Shown here: positions 14,914-20,557 of the stretch, one piece after another
How positions within the stretch are numbered: the stretch's first letter is position 1
Layout: each line of letters starts with the position of its first letter
UHGV virus genome: UHGV-0321984
DNA length: 39,521 nucleotides
Direction: 5' to 3' (one strand)
DNA from: a virus
The notes under the pieces: model-generated
Database searches by the model: none
What the model saw: the letters and a program-made list of their open reading frames with translations, nothing else
Told to the model about the DNA's origin: nothing
Made by a program: the position numbers and the translations under genes

Positions 14914-14935
14914 AGTATGGTCAAAAGTATGGTCA
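14914..14935 (+). repeat. Integrase arm-type sites, P arm (AGTATGGTCA x2)
   Basis: Tandem AGTATGGTCA at 14914 and 14926. Confidence 0.5.
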
Positions 14936-15140
14936 AAAAAAATCCCATAATTTACAAAAAAGCTCCATCCCTTGCTACACAAGAGATAGAGCAGTTTATT
15001 TATTAAGCTTCTTGAGCTACTGGATAAACAGACACTTCAATTATACTGTTTCCTGATAAGCTCTCAATGCTTCTGAACCCATGATATTAGTGTTTTTCTT
15101 CTATTATTAAATATCTTGTAATTTTCTATTCTTTCTAAAA

Positions 15141-15161
15141 AGTATGGTCAAAGTATGGTCA
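15141..15161 (+). repeat. Integrase arm-type sites, P' arm (AGTATGGTCA x2)
   Basis: Tandem AGTATGGTCA at 15141 and 15152, in the same orientation as the P arm. Confidence 0.5.
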
Positions 15162-15214
15162 CTATTGATAGAATATTAATAGTAGTAGAAAGCTGATATC
15201 TAGGAGGAACTAAT

Positions 15215-16009
15215 ATGAGTAAACAATGTGCAAAGTGCGGAGGTAAAATTGGCTTAACTTCATATAAAATCAAAGATAAACAAATTGTTTGCGGCAATTG
15301 TATGAAAAAAGCTGGTTACGGTATGACTACTCCTTATAAAATAATAAGATCTTTGAATTTAGAAGATTTAGATAAGGGTCCATCAGAAAAAAGAAAATTA
15401 AACATATCTGATTATACTACACAAAACAATCATGATATAGGTAATGATAGAATGAGAACTACTGAAGAAATGGTAGAATTTTGTCTTAAATACGGCTATG
15501 GTAAAGGAATGACTAAAAAATGGACAACTCATCATTTTAACTTAATATCAGATCAACTTAACAGTGACGAATACGTAATCTTCTGCTTTGTAGGATTGCA
15601 TAACTATATCTCGTCAACTAAGCATGACAATAATTATGCATACGCATTAACTAATAAACGTTTAATTGTAGCTCAACAAAAAATGATAGGCAATAATGTA
15701 CAAAGTATTATATTAGACAATTTAAATAATATTAGTAAAAAAAGAGGAATACTGTTGGGTACATTAACTATTGATACTCTTGGTAAAGTATTGAATGTTG
15801 CAGTTGATAAAGATACTGTTGATAGGATAAGTGATTCTTTAAACGAAATTATTTATAATTTAAAAAGAAGAAATATTTCTGCTACAAATTCCAATACATC
15901 AACAATTTCCTCAGCTTCAGAAATAAGAAAATATAAAGAACTATTGGATGACGGAATCATTACAGAAGAAGAATTTAATAAAAAGAAACAAGAATTATTA
16001 GATTTATAA
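15215..16009 (+). CDS. Moron protein: N-terminal zinc ribbon, bacterial PH-like middle domain, and C-terminal SHOCT domain
   Basis: CAKCGG...CGNC at the N-terminus. The segment ...YALTNKRLIVAQQ... resembles bPH/YokE-like domains. The C-terminal EIRKYKELLDDGIITEEEFNKKKQELLDL is a SHOCT signature. Strong RBS AGGAGG. Confidence 0.6.
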   Translation: MSKQCAKCGGKIGLTSYKIKDKQIVCGNCMKKAGYGMTTPYKIIRSLNLEDLDKGPSEKRKLNISDYTTQNNHDIGNDRMRTTEEMVEFCLKYGYGKGMTKKWTTHHFNLISDQLNSDEYVIFCFVGLHNYISSTKHDNNYAYALTNKRLIVAQQKMIGNNVQSIILDNLNNISKKRGILLGTLTIDTLGKVLNVAVDKDTVDRISDSLNEIIYNLKRRNISATNSNTSTISSASEIRKYKELLDDGIITEEEFNKKKQELLDL

Positions 16010-16021
16010 TATCTATCAAAA

Positions 16022-16053
16022 AAGATGAGCATTTAATTTAGCTCATCTTTTTC
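16022..16053 (+). terminator. Rho-independent terminator
   Basis: 9-bp stem AAGATGAGC/GCTCATCTT plus T run. Confidence 0.55.
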
Positions 16054-16055
16054 TA

Positions 16056-16084
16056 TTTACAATACGAACATTTGTTCGTATACT
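16056..16084 (+). promoter_or_regulatory. Promoter with an embedded LexA (Cheo) box
   Basis: TTTACA, 17 nt, TATACT. The spacer contains CGAACATTTGTTCG (16065-16078), which matches the Gram-positive LexA consensus CGAAC-N4-GTTCG. Confidence 0.6.
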
Positions 16085-16102
16085 CTTTTTGAGGTGAACA
16101 TT

Positions 16103-16405
16103 ATGTTGATGGAAGGAAAAACACAATTATGGTTTAAATTTGATCCTTCGAATAGATTTGTCAAAGATTTTTATAAGGTGTGGGATTCAGAAGTTTTCTT
16201 TTTAGCAATCGAAGATAGCTTATTAATCAATCTCTACTATTCTAATAAGAACTACTTTAAAATTCCTGCTGCGAAAACTAGAATGAAGAAAGACGTATAT
16301 TTTTTGTTTGATATCGTGACTGACGTGCCAGACGCTCGAAGCGATCATCGGCGTTATGACTATATAAAGTATACTTTCGTTGATCCAGAAAGATACAAAG
16401 ATTAA
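16103..16405 (+). CDS. Hypothetical protein (100 aa), predicted SOS-regulated
   Basis: RBS GAGGTGA 6 nt before ATG 16103. No TM segments and no known domain. Confidence 0.55.
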   Translation: MLMEGKTQLWFKFDPSNRFVKDFYKVWDSEVFFLAIEDSLLINLYYSNKNYFKIPAAKTRMKKDVYFLFDIVTDVPDARSDHRRYDYIKYTFVDPERYKD

Positions 16406-16594
16406 AGTAGGCTACCTAAAAAGGTAGCCCGGAACGGATTTTATCACCATACTTATGAAAGGAGATATTTTTTAAGTTAGTATTAAGATTGTGTAATATG
16501 ATGATATCTATATTTTATAGTATCAGTGCTATAAAATCAAAAATAAGTCACTAATTAACTATCACTCCAATTATAAGTCTTTTTCCCATTATTT

Positions 16595-16712
16595 TTTACA
16601 GTTATATGGTATGCTTTTTAATGGCTTCAAATATAAAAGAGTTTAAAGCGTAACACACTTATTGGGGAGTGGTTTTTGGGGAACGCTTTAAACTCTTCTT
16701 TATTATTATCTC
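16595..16712 (+). ncRNA. Candidate small RNA: promoter followed by a 15-bp perfect-stem hairpin and a U-rich tail
   Basis: TTTACA (16595), 16 nt, TTTAAT (16617). Stem AAGAGTTTAAAGCGT (16637-16651) pairs with ACGCTTTAAACTCTT (16683-16697). The loop contains TTGGGGA x2. The hairpin is followed by CTTTATTATTATC. Confidence 0.3.
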
Positions 16713-16819
16713 ACAATATAACCCAAATGTCTTTCTATTTAAAAATCAAAGTAAAACTTTTCAAATATACAGAAGTATAACTATGTGAAACATCCTTTCA
16801 TTAATCCATAAAAGGATAC

Positions 16820-16845
16820 ATAAAAAAGCCACTCATTCGAGTGGC
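16820..16845 (-). terminator. Rho-independent terminator downstream of the tRNA (minus strand)
   Basis: Minus strand: GCCACTC-GAAT-GAGTGGC followed by TTTTTTAT. Confidence 0.5.
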
Positions 16846-16920
16846 AATGAAGAAAAGCTTTAGCTTGTATAATACTCTTCAAAAAATTCTAACACAGAAC
16901 GATTCAAATGGCTACATTAA

Positions 16921-16994
16921 TGTACCCTGTAGGACTCGAGCCTACGACCGGACGGTTATGAGCCGTCTGCTCTAACCAACTGAGCTAAGGGTAC
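16921..16994 (-). tRNA. tRNA with anticodon CAT (Met elongator or Ile2 type)
   Basis: Minus-strand sequence GTACCCTTAGCTCAGTTGGTTAGAGCAGACGGCTCATAACCGTCCGGTCGTAGGCTCGAGTCCTACAGGGTACA folds into a full cloverleaf. It has a 7-bp acceptor stem, D arm GCTC/GAGC, anticodon arm GACGG-CTCATAA-CCGTC, and T arm GTAGG/CCTAC. G1:C72 is paired, so it is not an initiator. No encoded CCA. Confidence 0.85.
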
Positions 16995-17004
16995 GAAAAA
17001 AACG

Positions 17005-17037
17005 AAAAAAGGTATCGTTTTAGGATACCTTTTTTAA
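17005..17037. terminator. Bidirectional intrinsic terminator
   Basis: GGTATC-GTTTTAG-GATACC stem flanked by an A run upstream and a T run downstream. On the minus strand it terminates the membrane-protein genes just before the tRNA. Confidence 0.55.
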
Positions 17038-17414
17038 GCCGTACAATAAGAAGAAACTAAATCTTTAAATTCGTCTTTGGAATTTTTCGATTTAAAGAAA
17101 TTATCAATTATACTATTTGATTTCTGAGGCTGTTTTTCTACTATTGTACTATTCGCTTTGAAAACTTCTATAAATATGACCAGAGGCACATCATAACGAA
17201 TAAAATATTGTTTTAAAACGAAAATAGAAAATCGTAAAGACTTTTGGGAAGTAAAAGCTATCTTTAGATGAACAATTAAAATGTAAATCGTAATTTTTAA
17301 ACCTGTAAAGTACGACATACCCATGTTTGAACTAAAAAACATCATTTTAGTTTTAAATGCTAATACTCCAATATATAATATCGTAGAAGTTAGCAAAATG
17401 ATTAGCAATTCCAT
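17034..17414 (-). CDS. Small integral membrane protein (126 aa, about 3 TM)
   Basis: Hydrophobic segments ILLTSTILYIGVLAF and ITIYILIVHLKIAF, with a charged C-terminus. Confidence 0.5.
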   Translation of the reverse strand: MELLIILLTSTILYIGVLAFKTKMMFFSSNMGMSYFTGLKITIYILIVHLKIAFTSQKSLRFSIFVLKQYFIRYDVPLVIFIEVFKANSTIVEKQPQKSNSIIDNFFKSKNSKDEFKDLVSSYCTA

Positions 17415-17993
17415 CTAATCTCTTCTCCCTTCACCACGTTTCTTTTTTTCGTTTTTTTCAATAAATTCTCTCGTGGCTTGATTTCTTTCAACTCTAGAAT
17501 TTCTTGTAGAAAAAATTTTACTTTTTTTATCTTCTTCTATTTGTTCTCTAGTCTCTTTTCTTAAGTCTTTTAAAACCTCAGGATCAGCTGAGATATCATC
17601 AATGATTGAATAATATGGGGCAATAAAAGCAGATAGAAATAAAACTATCTTACAAATAATTAATAAAATAAATACTAGAAAGTTTATTTTGATACTCTCG
17701 CTTACTAGAAGTATAACAAAAATCCCCCCCAATATATAAATATATGCTTTCTTTACTCTTTCTCTGCTTTTTAATTTTTCCGCACTTCTTGCGTTTATAG
17801 CATAAAACGCAAGTAAGTTAGAGCATAGGTATGTAAATGAAGGGATAAAAACATCTAATATATTTGATGCTTTCATTACAGTTAAACATAAAGAAACTGC
17901 AGAAATAATAGTAAATATATTTTTATAGTTTTTTATAGATACTTCATCTACTTGTTTAGCTTCCAAATAATACCATCCTTTGCCTACACACAC
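17415..17993 (-). CDS. Integral membrane protein (about 4 TM) with a highly charged C-terminal tail
   Basis: TM segments followed by ...DLRKETREQIEEDKKSKIFSTRNSRVERNQATREFIEKNEKKKRGEGRRD. Start uncertain; possibly TTG at 17966 with RBS AAGGA. Confidence 0.5.
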   Translation of the reverse strand: MCVGKGWYYLEAKQVDEVSIKNYKNIFTIISAVSLCLTVMKASNILDVFIPSFTYLCSNLLAFYAINARSAEKLKSRERVKKAYIYILGGIFVILLVSESIKINFLVFILLIICKIVLFLSAFIAPYYSIIDDISADPEVLKDLRKETREQIEEDKKSKIFSTRNSRVERNQATREFIEKNEKKKRGEGRRD

Positions 17994-18126
17994 TTTACAT
18001 AGTTAAATATATATCTAAATAATGAATTTTACTCGCATTATTAGAATTTTTTAATAATAAATTATAGAAATTTATACATTACAGAAAACAATTTGATATA
18101 ACTATATAAAAACAGTCTATGTACTT

Positions 18127-18154
18127 CCCCTCAAAATTGAGGGGATATTTTTTA
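18127..18154. terminator. Terminator-like hairpin (plus-strand polarity) at the end of the lysis cassette
   Basis: CCCCTCA-AAAT-TGAGGGG followed by ATATTTTTTA on the plus strand. Confidence 0.35.
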
Positions 18155-19171
18155 TCATTGCGGAATATTTAAATACCAACGTTTGTCATGGAAATCTTGC
18201 GCACCGCCTTTAGTGTTTCCCTCTGGATCATTCGTTGCCCTCATCATGACATAGACTTTCTTATTAGGAAAATTACGCATATTGAAAGATACATGATAAC
18301 AAACGTTTCCAGAAGTATTATAAGCTTGATTTACATCTGGTCTATAAATCCCATCAGCTCTTACTCGAGCTAATTCTTTTCCAGTATTGTAATCCATGAT
18401 GAAAATATACTCGTATTGATAGTTAGCAATATGCCATCCAGCAACATGCAAGTTTGCGTTTTCGATTTCTCCGAACTGATCAATGTGGGCGTAATTTGTT
18501 CCATCTGTCAGCGTAGGATTTGCAGCACCTGCTCGAGTTGGATCAATGACTGGTCTATCATCTGAAGTTGTCGGATTTTCATCGGTAAAACCATGAGCCA
18601 AATCATAGGCTAGTTTTTCTTTACTTACGCCCATTTCAGAAAGATAACCGTAAGGATCTGTATGATCTCCACCATAAGTGTTCGTTACCCATAAATGAGA
18701 TTTTACTCCCTTATTCGGATACCCCGTATCTAAAGTCTTAGGAATATTAAACTGATTACAGTAATCACGAATTAATTCTACGTAAGCACGATAATTCTTT
18801 TCAAACAGGTTACGATCGTAAGTATGCTGTAATTCAATTTGTGCAGGAGCATATGGATTCGCATTCAGTGCACCCCAAGAAACATAGCCTGGTTCTCCTA
18901 CTCGGTAAACAATCCCTCCGTCTCCAACAACATCAGTTGTATAAGGCCTAATACCATTATAATTATTCTTCATATTAGCTGCTACATTACGCGCAGGAGC
19001 AAGTGTCGCAGTTTCATGGATCAGAATATAGTTTTGATAAGCCAGCCGAGAATCGCCTTCGTTTGAGCCCAAATTAAATTCATTGTTAATCGTATAGGCA
19101 AACCCATTAATTGGCAACAAAAAAAGAGCCATTAATAGGCTCATCGCAGTAATAGTAATTTTCTTTTTCAT
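18155..19171 (-). CDS. Endolysin with an N-terminal Sec signal peptide (putative amidase_2-like N-acetylmuramoyl-L-alanine amidase plus a C-terminal wall-binding region)
   Basis: Signal peptide MKKKITITAMSLLMALFLLPINGFA. YILIHETA...GDGGIVYRVGEPGYVSWGA...AQIEL resembles an amidase_2 catalytic core. Located directly after the holin. Confidence 0.55.
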   Translation of the reverse strand: MKKKITITAMSLLMALFLLPINGFAYTINNEFNLGSNEGDSRLAYQNYILIHETATLAPARNVAANMKNNYNGIRPYTTDVVGDGGIVYRVGEPGYVSWGALNANPYAPAQIELQHTYDRNLFEKNYRAYVELIRDYCNQFNIPKTLDTGYPNKGVKSHLWVTNTYGGDHTDPYGYLSEMGVSKEKLAYDLAHGFTDENPTTSDDRPVIDPTRAGAANPTLTDGTNYAHIDQFGEIENANLHVAGWHIANYQYEYIFIMDYNTGKELARVRADGIYRPDVNQAYNTSGNVCYHVSFNMRNFPNKKVYVMMRATNDPEGNTKGGAQDFHDKRWYLNIPQ

Positions 19172-19181
19172 TTGTTTCCTC

Positions 19182-19379
19182 CTATTTTTTCAAATTATAA
19201 GCCGACACACCAGTGATAACGCCTAAAAATGTTGCTACTGCATTGATAGTGAGTACTGTCATATCTGTTTCATTCCATCCATATGCTTTTCCTAACGTTG
19301 CTACTAACACAGAAGCAGCTGGCAATACTGTTAAAACTGTCCATTTAATGACTTGATAATACTTATCGGGTAAAATCAT
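19182..19379 (-). CDS. Holin (small, 2 TM; phage_holin_5/LL-H-like)
   Basis: 65 aa. KWTVLTVLPAASVLVATLGKAYGW...LTINAVATFLGVITGV. Adjacent to the endolysin. Confidence 0.65.
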   Translation of the reverse strand: MILPDKYYQVIKWTVLTVLPAASVLVATLGKAYGWNETDMTVLTINAVATFLGVITGVSAYNLKK

Positions 19380-19401
19380 TTCTTCTTAACTCCTTTCTTT
19401 T

Positions 19402-19695
19402 TTACCTAGATTTTTCTCTAAATAAAGTTTTAATTTGTTGCGTGTGTTCCACCAATTTTTCTGCATGTGTATCTAATCTTTCATCATGTTTCTTCAATTC
19501 TTCATGAATAGTAATGCGATCAGATTTGCTTGCTTCTAAATCTTTAGTCAGTAAATCTAAATTTCGGCTTACTTTTGAAAGAGTCTCAGTAATCTTCGAG
19601 AAAGATGCAGTAATTGGTTTTATTACTAATAAAATCAAAGAAACGATAGCGGTTATTGATCCTGCTATCGCTCCCCATTCCCCTAAATTAATCAT
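19402..19695 (-). CDS. XhlA-like membrane protein (haemolysin XhlA family; lysis accessory)
   Basis: N-terminal TM segment (GAIAGSITAIVSLILLVI) followed by a coiled-coil region, as in B. subtilis PBSX XhlA. Confidence 0.5.
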   Translation of the reverse strand: MINLGEWGAIAGSITAIVSLILLVIKPITASFSKITETLSKVSRNLDLLTKDLEASKSDRITIHEELKKHDERLDTHAEKLVEHTQQIKTLFREKSR

Positions 19696-19746
19696 GTGAC
19701 AACTCCTTAAATAAAAAAGCGCACTCGTTTGAGTACGCTTTGCATT

Positions 19747-20502
19747 TTATTTTAATGTGTTTTCAGATACATCGTATATTTTCTCAGCTATCCTTTGCAT
19801 TCCTTCGTCATTTGGATGCCAATTGTCACTTAAGCCTTTAAATGTTTGTACACCTTCTGGCCCTTTGGTAGAACTGTCTTTCCAAATATTTGAAATGTCA
19901 GCTACTGGTAAATCATATTTTTTACCCGCTTCTTTGATAGCTTTATCAAACGGAATAGCTTTGTCTCCCTGATTCCAAGTCGTAACTAAAATAATTTTTG
20001 GTTTCTTATTTCCAATGGTCGACACCGTTTGAATCATCGTGTCTAAGTTTGCTTTAAATGTTTCGATGTCAGAACCATTTGCTGGATCTGCATCATTAGT
20101 CCCAAATTCAATCGTAATCAAATCGGGATTTTGAGATTTTATTTCTTCTAGACCGTTGATTCCATTTATACTAGTCCCACCATAACCGGCTACTCCCTGT
20201 ACATCTACTTGATAACCTAACTTATCCTCTAGCATTTTTGCATATACTTCTACAAATCGCTTATCCGATGAAGTTGCAAAGTATCCTTCTGTAAGAGAAT
20301 CTCCCATCGGAGAATATACAATTTTACCACGATCTTGTTTTAGATTATCCGTTCCATTAGTTGACGTTAGCGTTTTGTTTTTACCAACTTTAGCTTCTAA
20401 ATTATTTTGTTCTACTTTTGTTTTAATAAACCCAGCTGAAATAATTACAAAGCTAATTAAAGCAACCACGATAACTGCCATATATCCCGTTTTCTTCTTC
20501 AT
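19747..20502 (-). CDS. SGNH/GDSL hydrolase with an N-terminal signal anchor
   Basis: Block I GDSLTEG, block III GTND and block V DNWHPND are all present. N-terminus MKKKTGYMAVIVVALISFVIISAGF. Start at ATG 20502 with RBS GAGGTG; the track's longer ORF runs to 20541. Confidence 0.65.
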   Translation of the reverse strand: MKKKTGYMAVIVVALISFVIISAGFIKTKVEQNNLEAKVGKNKTLTSTNGTDNLKQDRGKIVYSPMGDSLTEGYFATSSDKRFVEVYAKMLEDKLGYQVDVQGVAGYGGTSINGINGLEEIKSQNPDLITIEFGTNDADPANGSDIETFKANLDTMIQTVSTIGNKKPKIILVTTWNQGDKAIPFDKAIKEAGKKYDLPVADISNIWKDSSTKGPEGVQTFKGLSDNWHPNDEGMQRIAEKIYDVSENTLK

Positions 20503-20557
20503 ATTACACCTCGTAAAAGTCTTATAAAAATAATATATCATACGTGTAAATATTCTG

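Larger units (their letters stand above)
14911..15214. other. attP region (the core is not identifiable without the host sequence)
   Basis: Non-coding stretch directly after int, flanked by arm-type direct repeats. Confidence 0.5.

Noticed and set aside
14911-15170. Short direct repeats that could be mistaken for a CRISPR array or a miniature inverted-repeat element
   Set aside because: Only two pairs of 10-bp repeats flank a unique AT-rich segment directly after int, which is the attP arm-site pattern. No regular repeat-spacer periodicity occurs anywhere in the window, and no transposase genes are present.
13759-16009. Interpretation of the window as an integrated prophage with host flanks
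   Set aside because: The integrase and attP are internal and flanked by phage genes on both sides. No host housekeeping genes occur. The two window ends complete a single terL ORF. Therefore it is a closed phage genome.
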